A stretch of 64,000 nt of DNA, from NCBI GenBank assembly GCA_023920165.1, contig CP089278.1, positions 806,001-870,000 of the forward strand, written 5' to 3'. This DNA comes from Curvularia clavata (taxonomy: Eukaryota). This document shows positions 23,842-38,244 of this stretch, one piece after another. The notes under the pieces are model-generated. The model did not search any database. It was given only the letters and a program-made list of their open reading frames with translations, and had not been told where the DNA came from. The translations under genes were made by a program, and so were the position numbers. The first letter of the stretch is position 1; each line of letters starts with the position of its first letter.

Positions 23842-24792
23842 TCATCCCACAATCCCCTGAAAACCCTCCACAATAACCTCAAAATCCCCCCGTTCTTTCT
23901 CCGCCCACTCTCTTACCTTCCTTACCCCCTCCAAATCCATCCTCATATGCTGCACATCGGTACTTCCATTCAGCACCACAACCCCCCTCTCCACAACCAG
24001 CGCATACAACGCAACTTCCACTTCCACACCCACCTTCCTTGCCAAATCCGCCACTGGCCGCGACTTTAGCAGTCCCGGGTTCCCTGTCAGCGTCCAGAAA
24101 GACTGATACATGATACCCTTTTCCCTGCAAAAGCTACGCAGGGCTACATCAAAACGGGTCTGTGGGTAAAACCGGTTCTGGACAACGGAAGGCTTGACGG
24201 TTGAGTTTTCGTAGAGGGCTTGCAGAACAGGAAGAGTGACGTTGGAGATGCCGAGAGAGCGGATGCGATGGGGGACGTATGTTTCTAGTAGCGCCCAGGC
24301 TTGAATTGTTCGATCAAGTGTGGGGAGGGGCGAGTGTAGGAGTAAGCAGTCAAGGTAGACTTGTTCTGGGGATTCATCTGTATGGCGTAGGTTCTTGAGA
24401 GATGAAGCTATGGAAGTGTGGATTTGAGAGGTTAAGGGTGCGTTGGGGTCGTAGGGCATGTTGGATAGATCCTGGCCTGCAGGTGTGGTGTATTTTGTTT
24501 GTAGCTATGGAATGTGAGGTTGGGTCCTTGGTGGAGAATGTGCAAGACGTACGTAGAGGTCTTCGCGCTTCAAGAGACCTTGGGAAAATGCTTCGCGAAG
24601 GGCTTCTCCGACCAAGGCCTCTTGGTAATGGCGGGGCTGGGCGGCGGTGTCGACGCGTCGGAATCCGACAGATAGTGCCTCTTTTACGAGTCTTCTGGTT
24701 TCATCTCTCTTCCAGGCAGTCCCGTAGATGAATGCGGGTTGGTCGTCGTATAAGCGGGAGACACTCTCACGTGGTGAAGTGGAAGAAGCCAT
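23842..24792 (-). CDS. Aldo/keto reductase
   Basis: YGTAW, GFRRVDTA, REDLY-[intron]-LQTKYT, YLDCLLLHSP, SLGISN and VVQNR. Confidence 0.9.
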
Positions 24793-25169
24793 TGTACGGG
24801 AGGGACTATGGATTTTCAAGTAGGATATAGAAGAACGGATAGTATTGCGAGGACATGTCAAGTATCTAACAACCATTCTGTGTACTATCGCATCAAACCT
24901 CAACCTCATTCGGAAACATCACCGCGTTCGGCTGGGGTAGTGGCAATGTCGGTACCTTGCATTGACTAAGCATCCGCGGCAATGACGCCTTCGTATCTGA
25001 CAAGCCCCACCAAAGCATTCCGATCGGACCCTTCGACATCCCGACCAGAAAGTTACTCCAAGCCTACCACTCGCCACGCCCTTCTCTTCGCCAGCTTATT
25101 TTCCCACTAACACTTCCTCACCCACCTTCTCACCCACTTCCTCTACCTCACAATCCCTAAATACTCACA

Positions 25170-25956
25170 ATGGGCCGTCCCTCTGGACCCCGCGACCCCA
25201 TCGCCGGTCCCGACACACCGCAGGCGCCCTTTCCGCTCAAACTACGCGGGCCCGTAATCAAGGGATTCGGACGCGGAAGCAAAGAGGTACGTCTTTATAC
25301 ATTCCCCAACGACAAAGCACCCATCACACCATTTCACGACAGAAACTAACCACAACTCCCAGCTCGGCATCCCCACTGCCAACATCCCCCTCTCTGGCCT
25401 CTCCATCGGCGGCCACGAAGACCTCGACTCAGGAATCTACTACGGATGGTGCTCTCTAGATCCCTCTACCATCCCTTCTTCCACCAGCGATACCACCCCC
25501 AGCAGCGCCAACAGCAGCGCCCCCGCCACGCCCTCCTCTACCTCGTCTACTTCCTCCAACCACTCCGTCCTCGACCTCTCCTACCCCACCTCCGCGCTCC
25601 CCTCCCAAGGTACCATTTACCCGACCGTCCTCTCCATCGGCTACAACCCTTACTACAAAAACACGCACCGCAGCATTGAAATCCACATTTTACACAACTT
25701 CGAGCGCGACTTTTACGGCGCGACGCTGAGTCTCATGATCCTGGGTTTCATACGCCCAGAGTATGATTATGTGAGCAAGGAGGCGCTCGTCGAGGATATC
25801 AAGGAGGATATTAGGGTAGCGAAGAGGAGTTTGGAGAGGGAGGGCTATCAGAAGTGGAGGGAGGATGCGTGGTTGAAGGGAGAAGGGCAGGGGAATGTCA
25901 AGGTGGGGCAGGCGGGGCAGAAGAATGGGGTTGTAATGTGTGAGATGGCGAATTGA
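25170..25956 (+). CDS. FMN1: Riboflavin kinase
   Basis: GFGRGSKE-[intron 25287-25362]-[26 protein letters not shown]. Confidence 0.95.
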
Positions 25957-26539
25957 TGAGACTTTGTTCTTTCCTTTTTCCATGGTAGGAACTCTCTGGG
26001 TTTGACATCCATGGCTGGGGGAAAATAGATTGGAGGTTGTCTGTTGTGGTTTACGCGGCCCTTTAGACCTACATATATAGCGATATCCCCTCTGGTAGCG
26101 ATTCACGAAAGAACATGAAGAATGAACATCCAAACCCCAACCCATGCCAATCCATTGTGTACACGTGCTACTCCTAACTAACAGTATTTCTTCACCATAT
26201 AAAAGCTATCGCGTTGGAAACGCGACACAGAAACTAACCTAATACCGGACCTTTGATAAGAAAAACGCCCAAAGTATGCTCTCCTCTTTCGTTCCTCGGC
26301 AAGGAACTATTAGACTAAAAATATCCTTGTTCTTGTTGTTGTCCAAAAGGTGCGAGCCTCTAAGAAGACTGACTTATCAGGTTTCCGTCGTATACATATA
26401 TATGTGCACACCGTGTAGAGGTGTAAGAGATGTAGGTGAAGATAATTTAAAAAAAAAGAATATGAAAGCACTTTTTTACAGCCGCCTTGGCCGTTTACTG
26501 GAAAGGAAATTGTGAACAAGACACCAAACCTCATCCTAC

Positions 26540-28733
26540 TCATTGCAGGCCTTTGTCTAGCACGGGCATGACCTATCGCAGTATTAGTATCACATTTAAA
26601 ATAGAAAGAGACCAGGCGTGACTTACACTCATACAAACAAGCACCGGCATATCGAAAATGTCGCGTTTGATATGCCACCAAATCATGCAGTCCACCATGC
26701 CATTCTTGGCACCGAGCCGCTGCATGGCGCTCTCCCCCTGATGCACAGCGCCGCCTTCCATTTTGACGAGCGGATCGTGCTTTGCGTCACCGCTTGCATT
26801 CTTCATCTCTTGGAGGCGGTCGATGTCGGCTTTGGTCTGGTACCGGAGCATGTTGACGCGCTGTGAGGCGTAGCCACGAGGATCCTGATAGCAAAGCTCG
26901 GAAAAGTGCTGCAAAAACTCCAGCGCCGATCTTGCATCCATGAGCTCAATAATGTTGACGCTGGGGGCGACGCTCTCACTGTCTTGGGCGGCTAGGTTGG
27001 GTGTCGTATTCTGAGTAGAGGTATCGCTTTCGTTCGAGTCGCGATTGATGCCGGTGTTGACGTTGAGATTTGGCTCCTGCCCGAGAAGGACTTCGCGTTT
27101 CCAGCCGGTAAGGATAGTGAATTCCTTGTTGATGCCAACAATCTCTCCTGAACGCCGGCATATCAAGAAGGGCGTGCCGACCTCTGCAAAGTGTTCCTGA
27201 AGTGTCATCAAATGGCGCTGAAGGCCCATTTCTTGATGTATCAGGTCATCTCTGTTGAGCTCTTCGCGTACCTGCAGAAGCACGGGTCGGTAGTTCTGCA
27301 AGTATTGCTGAGCTTTGGCAACCCATGGTCTAGAGTACTTCTTGTCGATGAGTTGATAAAGCCTATGGTAGCCCTTGACATAGTCATAGGGCTTCGTGAT
27401 GCCTTGGTAGATGCTCTTGGTATCTCGCTGACGTTTGCGAATGCCGTTGGCATGTATTGAGTTTAACCCTGTATTTGGGGGCCTACTTTCTTGCTGCGAT
27501 CTGTTTACTAATGGTGATCGTTGTGCATGTGGTCGATGAGGATTAGCAAAGAATGCCGCTGACGCGAGCGGATTGTCGGCTTCAAAGGTAGATGCATCAG
27601 TGGACGCTGGGCTTGCTGATGAATGTGTACCCGGCCCCTGTCCAATGGCAAAGGCGTGAGGGCCAGTGAGGCTGTCACTGCGGTGACTGCCGTGGTCGTG
27701 GCTCGGACCGAGGGAAGCGTTGTTTGACGTTTGCACGTGCATGCTGCCCTGTCGTGAGTGTGATTCCTGCCATTCGCCTGATGGCAGGCCATTCGGACCG
27801 AACGTCATTGTGGCTGCGTTTCGGTCACCGTATCCGGATGACAGTGGTTGGTTGTACATGTTCATGGTATTCATCATGCCGTTGTCATGCGGGGTCTCGA
27901 CTGCGCCCAATGACATGTGGCCGAGCATGCCAAACTCCATGGCACCCCAGCGATTGTCGAAGTTGAGGCCCTCAATGTCAAGGTTGAACAGCGCTGGGTT
28001 GCTTGGGTCAAACGATAGCCCAAACTGCTGCAACTGGTCTTGCTGGCCTTGGGCTATGGTGCTTGGGTCGCTCTGTGCCGTACTCTGGTGTGGCTGGTTA
28101 AAAGGCGGGGAGATTGGCGATTGCTGATTGTTGAAGCCTCGGGCGTCTTGCGTGACAGGCAGTTGGCCTGGTATGGGGTTCGTTGGGTAAAAAGTTCCTG
28201 GTTGGGCTTGCGTATACAAGTTGTTTGGCGGCGAAACGGCGACGGGCTGCGCGTCCTGAGTTGGTAGTGGAGTTGGGCGGTTTCCATTCATGTACGGGTA
28301 GTGACCGCCCACTCCAGGCATGAGGGCGCCATCCGGCGCGTCGTGGAGGTACTTTGCCTTTTTGCGGACGCCGTCCATGCAATGGTCTTGGAGGCCTCGC
28401 TTAATGCAGCGGTTGCAGGGTCTTTCGTCGCCTAAGTGAATACTGTTAGAAAAGAAGCTCTGCTGTGGCGCCACGACTCAGACGAGAGCAGTGCAATTGT
28501 CGATACTTACCACAAGTTAGATGGGCTCGCTGGCAAGCAAAACATGCCCGGCGAGCCTTCTTCCGGCGGGGTCTCAGCGGGTCTTTTGCGTTTGCCTTTG
28601 AGTTTGCGGGCTTTTGGGGAGGAGAGGCATCGCCTTGCTGGCGGTCGGTGTTCTGTTCGGCCGCCATGTCATCATCGAGATCACTCCGGTACTCTGGCGA
28701 GGGAGAGGCATCTTCAGCGTCGGAGGCGGTCAT
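26540..28733 (-). CDS. acuK: Gluconeogenesis transcription activator AcuK/Ert1 (Zn2Cys6 + PAS-like)
   Basis: [13 protein letters not shown][intron][26 protein letters not shown]...CRRSGEI PAS-like region; last exon [10 protein letters not shown]. Confidence 0.9.
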
Positions 28734-29442
28734 AATATCCCCCTCTGCTCAGCGCAACAGGCACTGGGGGCCAAGCACAGACTGCTGTCGTGGAGTGCGG
28801 TGAAGTAAGGTGCTGGGGACGGACGGCACAGATGGTGCTGCGTGCAGCTGCGGGTCAGTGATCTCGGGGTGTTCCCAGCTAAACGGCTCAGCCAATGCTT
28901 CTGGGGGGCACGGGACGAGGCGTTCCAGCTGCGTGTTTGAGAGAGCGATCACGCGTGCGCTGGCTGCTTGGGCGGGTGCTGCTGTGGCACGCAGAGGGCT
29001 CCAATGGGCGAGGCAATGCAGGGGACGGCAATGGACAATGGCACACTTCAATCCGGAGGGCAGGTATGGAACAATGCGGGTGTGGTACGGAGCCAGGATC
29101 CACGTAATCGAGGGAGCATTCGAGGAGGACACAGAACCATGTTTGATAGCGAGATGCTACCGAGACGCACTGCCCATGCTGCTGGGATGAGTCGAGTGCG
29201 GTTCTACGTGGATGCGCCGGGGTGGGAGGAGAGGAGGATCGACTCCGCGGGAAGTGAGGTGAGGTTGACTAGTAAGTGGCAGTGGCAGTGGCGGCTGAGG
29301 CGTCCTCGCTTCGAGTCGCGAGCAGGGAAGGCGCGAGACAGTAGGGCGACGTTGTCGTACAGGGCGAAGGAAGTGACGGTCGGTGCAGCGGGTAGGCGCG
29401 AGGGAGCGATGGTCGGAGCCGGCACGCTGTGGCTGGGCGAGG

Positions 29443-29473
<31 letters not shown>

Positions 29474-30547
29474 GGCGCAAAGAAGGCGGCGGCAAGGGCG
29501 CAGACGTAGATGAGCAGACAAGTCTTTGCTGCGTGCGCCTTGACCGAGGGCGTCGTCGACGTGGGCGCGGTGGGCAGCGACTGGGGAGGGTGGTCGTGTG
29601 TGCTATGGTGGAAGCTCTGTTGAAGATGCGCGCAAATGCGCTTCCCCGCAATTGGCTGACGAGGTTTGCTGAAAAGCGCAAGCGCAACCCAGCGCACGCA
29701 CGCACGCACATACGCAGCTTCCTCTCGCTCTGCCTGCCTCGGTCCCTGTCGGCCGGTAAGCCGCGTGCCTGGCCTCGCATCGCACTAGCCGGCCCAGTAC
29801 GCTGCCACTCAGACGTCACTCGCTATTACATGGCATGGCATTCTAACCTAGGCCTCATTACACCGTCCCTTCCACTGCTCATCTTAACCCCTAATCAACT
29901 TGAAGTGTACATGCAGCAGCTGCAGCACCATCAGCATCCTCAGCCTCACTTTACTCAGGAAAATCTTGCCTCTTTGTGCCCACTGCCCCTCGTCAATCCT
30001 CCACCCCCAGCAACAAGTCAGGCCACACAGCGCCATGCCCCAACAAGCGACCAGCCGCCCAGTTCCCCAGGCTACTACATAAGCTCGGCTACAGGGGGTG
30101 CGTCTGCCAGGCCTTGGCACCAAACCTCACTCGCTCTTGCCTCAGCCGCTGGGCGCCCTTGTACAACCGATCACCATCATCACCAACACCATCACCGTCC
30201 ATCTCACCCAAACTGCGCCCCGGGCTTGCCGACCACGTTGCTCTCGAGCCCATCGGGCCCCAATCGCTCTCCCGGCACCACTTCCACCCGCAGCCACCGC
30301 CTGTCTCCTGTGTCGCTTCTGTCCCTCGAGCGGGCGTGGCCGCCCTCGTGGCGCTCCATGCTTCGTTGCACAAGAGGCCTAGCCAGATTGCTTCATGCCG
30401 TCTCACGTGTGGGCACTCCATCCCTGACTCAATAAAAAAATTGTTATGATGGCATGCAAATGCTGTGTCACTTGTCGCTATTCTTGGTTTGCCCACTCCC
30501 ACACCTCCATCTCCACTTGCCCTCGCATGAACCTACACCACTCCGAC

Positions 30548-33509
30548 TCATGATGCTGATGCCGATGCGTACCTACTGCCCGCCCTGAGGCGCTTGCCGT
30601 ATCGAAAAAACAGAATGGGAAACCTGCGTCACTTAGATTAGCGGGCTCCACACGATCGTTGCCTTGGGGGTTACTCGTCGTCACGTACGGGGCCATGGCC
30701 AGCGCCAGGAACGCGAGCACCGTCGTCGCCCACTGGTAACCGAGATCTTTGTCCACATTAGTGACCGCTCTTTCGTCACGCTGCACACCCTCCACGCTCG
30801 ACTTACTGTTGTACATCTGAACACCAAATAGTCTATGTCAACCACTTAGTCAGTCATCTTGTCAGCCACAACGGTTGGCTTAGCTTACGGGAAGGCTGCA
30901 GCAAAGTACGACCGTGCAAAGCTGTTAGCAGCAAGAGCCGACGCGGCATAGACAGGGTACTGTTCGACAAAGTCAACATTCCCTGTTCCCAGGAGCCTGG
31001 TCCCATGTCGGCGTCGGTGCACGACCTAGTGTAGAACATACCGCCTCGACGAGGAATGTAAACACCCCTGAGTAGACCCATATTACGCTGCGTCGCAGAA
31101 TAAGGTTAGCTTTCCATTTTATTTTCACCCATCCCAACCCACATTGTACGTATTGGTAGCACTCGAAACAAAAGGAACAAACATACCCAAGTCCGAAGAT
31201 TGCCGAGAAGATTATTGGCACTGCAGTGTCATGGTCAATCTTTGTTGCAAACTCCAAAAGTATATGCGTGACGCAGTCGTACCTATCCAGTGGACCTGCA
31301 GAGCACCACCATGTTAGTCCTCGACACTCTTCCTTGGTCGCAGCAAAAACACCAACTTACCGATGAATACGTCGTCCACCCAAACCCTGCATAAGCACGG
31401 TTAGCTGCCTAGTCAAGTGCTGAACCACCACGGAAAGCTTACCAAAAAGTGCAACGGGAACGACCCAGGCGCCTACGATCGTCGACGGGAGCCGAAATTC
31501 CGGCTCGGAGCCGCCGTTCTGACCTCCTTGTTGCTCCCGTTGTCGCACAAGCCTACCATACACCCTCCTCCAGATGGGATCAGAGGACACGCCCGTGAGC
31601 ATGCCCACTAGGAGACCCAAAAAGGCAAGTCCTGTCTGTGAGATGCTAAACCCATGATTGTTTCCGAATACGAGCGGGAAGGCGCCAAAGAACAGATAGA
31701 GGATGCCGAGTAGAATGGCAGACAAGATGCATAGGCTCAGGCACTAGTTGAACAAGTCAGTCTAGTCCAATCCATGTGGCTTATCGAAAGCCCAAAAATA
31801 CGTACCATGGGCTCGAAAAACAAAAGTTGAAACGGCCGAATGCATGACCACAGGACCGTTCGGGCAATAGATCTGTCCATTTTCTCGATTGGCGCTATCC
31901 ACTCTGGGTTGCCAGTCTCCTTGCGCAAGCGAATGGCTTTACGCCGTAGGAGCACAGGATGGTACGTTTCAGGTACAAACAGGATAATCAGGCAAAGCTA
32001 CGACACAATCCAGCATTAGTCTATCAGTCTGCAGGACGTGCAAGCGGCACAAAACCTTACCTGAACTCCAGACCAGATGATCAGTAAGTAGAAGCACCTG
32101 ATTTCACTCTAGTCAGCCCGCCGCTACTTGTTATGTGGCAAATCAAAATGAAGGGGGCAAACAACATGCCGTCATGCATACGAGAGAGAGAGCGGGGGAA
32201 TCCATGGACAGTATCATGTCGGCAGTGCAACCCACCTCCCTTATCCAGATGCAGACGGACAGTGCCGCAAAGGTGGGGGGCCGATGGGTTTGTTGAATGA
32301 TAAGCTCAACACTTACCATCTCCAAGTAGTATGCTCCATAATGAATCCTCCAATAAGCGGTCCAACTTCAGGCCCAACTGGGATTTCTTAGTACATGCAC
32401 TGCAACAATAAATGCCAAGGCTCGACTACGTACCGAACGGACTGGCTGTATACACCATCATGGGGGCTGAGAGTTCCTGTGTTTGCTAACGTCAGAATGA
32501 CTATACCTATGACAAATACCATCTAATCCAGACAGAGGAAGAGGGTGAGAACTAACGTGTCTCGCAAAAAGGTCTCCCACCGTGCCTCCTGCTACACTTA
32601 GAAAAGCTGAGCCCGCAAGGCCATCTAAGAATCGTGCTACCAGCATCGTCTCGATGTTCCTCGCCACAGCACAGGGAATCATCCAGATGAGAAAAAAGCT
32701 AAACGACCCAATATAAATTGGTCTTCTGCCAAAAAACTGTCCATTTGCGTTAGTCAAGCCGTAACCTTTGCACTCGATAAACTTTTCTTCTGTGGCAACC
32801 AGGCAAACCACGCCTGCAGCTTAGGTGGATGTATACGTACCTCAGACAGCGGACTCAATATCATGGGCCCCGTGCCTAGCCCCGCTACAAACAAGGATAG
32901 CCCAAGCGTACACACAAGCCGCGAAGCCCCGAATTCAGGCCCCAGCTGACTGTACGTTGACGTGTAGAGTGACGACGTACAAGTTCTATATCAGGCCCAT
33001 TAGCTTCTCCCCAATAAAAAAACAAGATTTGTTACACCGGCCAGATTTATGAAAAGGAAATAAATATAGAAAGAAAGGACGTACACGCAAAGCGAACTCG
33101 AAGCGCATATCAGCACAATCGCCCAGCGCCGCAGTTTGTTCATGCTCTTGGGGTTCTCGGGATCGGCATCGCCGTCCCAAGAGACGAGGTAGGGTGACTG
33201 CTGCTCCGTGACGGGTCCTGAGGCGGTTGCCGCGGGCGGTCCAGCACACTGAGTGGATTCCGGGTCGAAGCATGTGTAGCCGTCGCCACCTGCTCGCGAA
33301 TGGTGCGATTGGACAGTCCTAAGGCTGCGGCCATCTTGGGAGCGAGCACGGCATTTTGACGGTGCTTCTGCTTCCTCTCCATCCATGATTCCCATGCGTT
33401 TCTCCTCGTCATCATGAGGTTCAATGGCTGATCCCTCTCTTTTCTCATACGAGCTCGAGGCGCTATCGTCGTGTGCGGACGTTGCGCTTAATTCCCTTTT
33501 CAAATCCAT
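30548..33509 (-). CDS. MFS multidrug transporter (DHA1 family), highly intron-fragmented
   Basis: WDGDADPENPK, SPLSE-FFGRRP, ARFLDGLAGS, GPEVGP, PETY, EPEFRL and LGYQWA motifs spread over many exons. Confidence 0.9.
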
Positions 33510-34907
33510 CTTTTTTCTTCTTTTTGACTACCTTTTGCAGTCTTTACTACCACCTCTTTCGCAACGTAAGAAAGTCAAGTATTCAGGCGCAGGCAACAAA
33601 AACCACCGTCGATTGAACTTGTACCTGGAAAATGCCTTATCCAGCCCCCAGTGCTGGGAACTGCGTTGACTCGAGTCGCGGACACCGCACCCCGGATGTA
33701 ACCACTTCCCCTTTCCAATAATTATCGTATCTCCTGCGCGAAGAAATTACCCGTTGAGCGGCACACACACATACATACACACGTAGGCGTAACTTTGCAA
33801 GACGTAGGGAAAAAAAGCGCCCTATTTCGATGAGATGAAGAAGAGAGAAAAAGAGAAAGACGCGAACACTTGATGGAAGTCGGCCATGCCATGGCCCGCC
33901 GAACGCGGGCGCGGCGGCCCACAGTCTAGATGCGGTTTCGTCTGGCTTGTGACAAAGTGGGGATGACGTTGTTCAGTCGGCGCTCGCTCTAGAGGAAAAG
34001 AGGCGAAAGACGGAGAGAGCAGGGGTGCGGTATCCGAGTTCGTTCTCAATGTCGGATAAACGACCGAGGACAAACTTTGCTGGATATATACGCACTGTTC
34101 TACACTATAACATTCTGGTATGTATTGTCTGATGGATTGATTAATTACTATCTAGCACGCATACACATACGACAGACGTCTTCTAACTTCGCCTCGTCGT
34201 TTTCAACGCCGATTGTCCTTTTGTCAGCAACTTCGTCACCGTCCAGCCAGTGTCCTTGAATTGCCGGTCCTTAGCCGCTAGACCGTTACATATCCGCACG
34301 CGAGAGACGCTAGTGCCGGAACCCTCGCCCTCGGTCTCGCGTATGCCAAGAAGATGGATCGTTATTGTTGTCCCTGCATTTCCGAGATATGCTACGGATA
34401 TATGGCCGAGAGAACGGATTCCTGAGACAGACAATGCGAATCCTGTTGTGGTGTGGCTTGCGAGTAGGAGCCACAAGCGGAATCTACGTCGACTGCTCTC
34501 CTTGAGGTAAAGAACTGCTAGGCAGGGGTAGAGTACTGCGACTACACATGGTGTGCGGGTGCGTAGACTGGAAGTAGCTAGGTATGGAAAAGCAAATGAA
34601 GCAAAAGGAATACATACCCGCTGGCGTTGCAGCGGGCAGGAAAGAAAGCAATAGCAACGGCACTAATAGTAGCCGGGGGTGGAAGAACCAAAAAGCAACG
34701 GCGAACTGAACCCTTGTTTTGTCTGGGGTGTGCGGATGCGGAGAAAAAGAACCAAAAAGGCTGCCAAGCGAGCCGTTCAGAAGTCTTGGGATGCTTGTCT
34801 CTCTCGGTTCCTACGAGAAGACTATGTAGCTGTATATCAACACTAAATATCCTACACCACCCACGCAAACTCACTATTACTCGCACATATCCCCACGGGT
34901 ATACTTG

Positions 34908-36683
34908 TTACTCCTCCGTCAAACTCTTCATCAGCCCGTCCTTGCCCACCTTCATCGCGCGCTCAATCTCCTCTTCCTCCTCCCTCAGCCTCCCCTTTCC
35001 ATATGCCAAATCGCGCTCTTGTCTCCTCTTGTCCTCTCTAACTCTGCGTTCACGGTCCGCCAGCGCCTTCTCTCTTCGTTCGCGCTCTGCTGCTTTCTTC
35101 GCGCGCTGGGCTTCTTCTTCAGCGGAATAGGTGGCGTCGGCGGGTGCCGGCGGTAGCGTGGAGAGATATGTTTTTATCAAAGGCTCGCGCGTCGCGGGAG
35201 GGAGGGAGATGTAGCGGAGATCGCTGAGCACAGTCGAAGGCAAGGTGTCGAGTGTGGTTGCTCTGTTGAGCAGCGCGAGAGGCTGTGCGCGGAGGAGTGC
35301 GGTGAGATCAGCTTTTAGGTCGGAGGATCTCATTGCTAGGCGCTTGATGTGATCGCGGTAGAGCTTCTCCTTTTCCTTGTCTGGGAGCTTTGCGTCTTTT
35401 ATTTCTGGCTCCTTTTTGTACTTTCTGCGGAATTCGGGCCAGTAGAGCTTTGGTGTTGCGTAGCGGTCTAGCAAGGCGAGATAGGGAATTCGAGGATCGC
35501 GTTTTGCTTGCTTGGCTTTTTCTTCCTTGAGAAATTGTGCTTTGTCGCGGGACCACTCGTTGAAGCATTCTTTTCGCGCGGCCATATTTGGTAGAGCCTT
35601 GTAACGTTCGTCGTCGTATAGTACTCCGTCGTCGAGAATCTTGTCCCAGGGAGTGAAGGGGTTTATGCCTTTATCGTCCAACAACTCCCTGAAAAGCGCT
35701 TTGCAGTCTTCTTCAGATAACGCAGGCTCCTCGTCGTCGTACTGCTCGTCATAGCCCTGATCCATCTCCATTTCTTCCATTTGTGCTAGTTGCCATGCGA
35801 GATCATCGTCACCCATCTCGGGAGCCTGATCTCCAGCTGGCTCTTCGGTTCGTTGTCGCTTTGATGCATTCCCTGAATCGTCCTCGTCGTCCGTAACCTC
35901 CACCTCCTCATACTCCTCGTCGTTCTCCATGCCTTCTTCGCCATCCACTTCGATAACCTCCACCTCCGCTTCACGGGCTGCTATGTCTGCTTCTATTTCT
36001 GCCATGATATCATCTTGCTCATCTTCTACGTCGCTGGGCTCGCCACGCTCCCTTCGTTCCTTGCGTTTGCGCTCTTTGCGATCAAACTCCATTACAGCGG
36101 ACATGACATTGGGCGGGAACTTCCAGAAACTCTCGTTGGTCTCCTTGTTCCACACAAAACGCCGTCCAAACTTGGTCCTCACCAACACCCAAGGCCCGCA
36201 ATTGGGAATATCCTGACGGTGTTTGGGTCTGTCGTCGCGTTCTCTTCGCCTGTCGTTGAAGTTGCTATGTCCCCCACGCATCCCACCCTGATGCCCACCT
36301 CTTGACTGCGCTTTGTCATGTCGAGGGAATTGTTTCGGCGCGCTTGCGAATATAAAGTCGGTGAGCGACGATTGGGGCTGCAGAGTAGGTTGAGTGAATG
36401 TTGTCGGTTGCGCCCCATAACTAGCATCGTAACTTTGCGCAGCGGCGTAGGGAGCAGGCGCAACGGGGAGCACTGGCTGATAGACTGGCGCTGTGTCTTC
36501 TATAGGCCGTGTATACGTCGATTTCTTGGTCTCTTTGTTGTAGTAGTAAGTGTTTCCTGCGATAGGTTAGCAGAGGCTTATGACGCAGTTAGAGCTCTAG
36601 CTACCATTCGGCGCCTTGTGTTCTGTCCAGCCTGGAGGAAGCGGCGGCGGCGGGCCAGGCGGTCGCACAGGAATATCAGACAT
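34908..36683 (-). CDS. WW + FF domain protein (TCERG1/CA150/Urn1-like)
   Basis: LPPGWTEHKAPN-[intron]-GNTYYYNKETKKSTY; a second WW domain; FF repeats (FRELL..INPFTPWDK). Confidence 0.85.
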
Positions 36684-36948
36684 TGCGAAGGCGCGACTGT
36701 TTAGTAAAGCCCAATACGAGTCCGAGCCTTCTCGTATAGCAAAAGTGGTCGAGGTTTGGTGTTGCGGCTCATGGATCCAAAATGTCGTCGGTGCCAAGCA
36801 CAGCGAATCGCCGACGCGCTGCGTAGGAGCTTGTGCCTGGAGCTCTGAGCACCAACACCGCAGCCCACGCCGACTTCCCCACTACTCACCTTGTCTGTTG
36901 GCGACGACAACCTCAACATACCCCAGAATATCCGCATAGAGTGCAATC

Positions 36949-37861
36949 ATGTCGCGGAGATACGATTCCAGGGTAAGTGTTTAGTGTTCCAGGCGGCAAT
37001 CCAGCCACTAACGGTGTATACAGACGACCATCTTCTCCCCAGAAGGTCGCCTCTACCAGGTTGAATACGCGCTGGAAGCCATCTCGCACGCCGGAACAGC
37101 ATTAGGTATCTTGGCACAAGATGGTATTGTCCTTGCCGCCGAGCGAAAGGTCACCAGCAAGTTGTTGGAGCAGGATACATCGGCGGAGAAGCTGTACATC
37201 CTGAACGAGTGCGTAACCTAGAGCGAGTTGGGCTGGAAGCATGTGCTAACAAGCATACAGTAACATGATTTGCGCCGTAGCAGGAATGACGGCCGATGCC
37301 AACATCCTCATCAACTACGCCCGTCAAGCCGCCCAACGTTACCTCCTTACCTACAACGAAGACATTCCTTGTGAGCAGCTCGTCCGCCGTTTATGCGATC
37401 TCAAGCAGGGTTACACGCAGCACGGAGGTCTCCGACCGTTTGGTGTGTCCTTCATCTATGCTGGCTGGGACCCACAGCGCCAGTTCCAGCTCTACCAGAG
37501 CAATCCCAGTGGCAACTACGGCGGCTGGAAGGCAACGAGTGTCGGTGCAAACAATGCTTCGGCGCAGAGCTTGTTGAAGCAAGACTACAAGGAGGAGTGC
37601 AGTCTCAAGGAAGCATGCGGGCTTGCCGTCAAGGTGCTGAGCAAGACGATGGATTCGACTAAGCTGAGCAGTGAGAAGAGTGCGTCCGTCATTCCACTTT
37701 CCATAAGACAATGCTGACAAACTGCAGTTGAATTTGCGACAGTAGGGAAGACCAAGTCCGGAAAGATCTACCACCACCTTTGGGGAGCGGACGAGATTGA
37801 TGCTCTGCTCAAGGAGCATGGCCTGGCCAAGGCTGAGGACACTGAAATGTCCGAGTCATGA
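36949..37861 (+). CDS. PRE9: 20S proteasome subunit alpha-3
   Basis: [43 protein letters not shown]; three introns; divergent from the WW/FF gene (265-nt gap). Confidence 0.95.
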
Positions 37862-38244
37862 AGAATACGACCAATCCACGACATGAACAGGCGCAACGGA
37901 AAGGCCTCTGCATGATAGACGAGGCTTGTAGTATACCATACAAGTGAGAGCTATGGCATATCGTAGCTAATCTCACACGTCATGACCTGCTTTGTGTGTA
38001 TTTGTTGCTCCTTTGTCTTGTGAAGTTTGAGTCTTGTCTTGGAATTGACTGCCTCTGAAGAGTCACTGTCCCTACCTGCCCTTGTCTGCCCTTGCCTGTT
38101 TTGCTATATCATGGCGACGCCTTCCGGCCTGGATACACTCTGCGGCAGTATCAAGCTTCTCTCATCACCTCCCCTCCCCTTAACTTGATCATACCGCATT
38201 ATTGCTGGCATTACTCTCTCCGTTCATGAGCATTTCCACCCAAC

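Noticed and set aside
10034..25956. Metabolic gene cluster (serA, GLO1, MET10, AKR, FMN1)
   Set aside because: Housekeeping genes interspersed with unrelated ones; no backbone enzyme or shared regulator is visible.
28749..30502. Long overlapping ORFs (for example 29383-30435 and 29157-29819)
   Set aside because: GC-rich, low-complexity acuK upstream region with (GAGGGC)n; mostly non-ATG starts and no domains.
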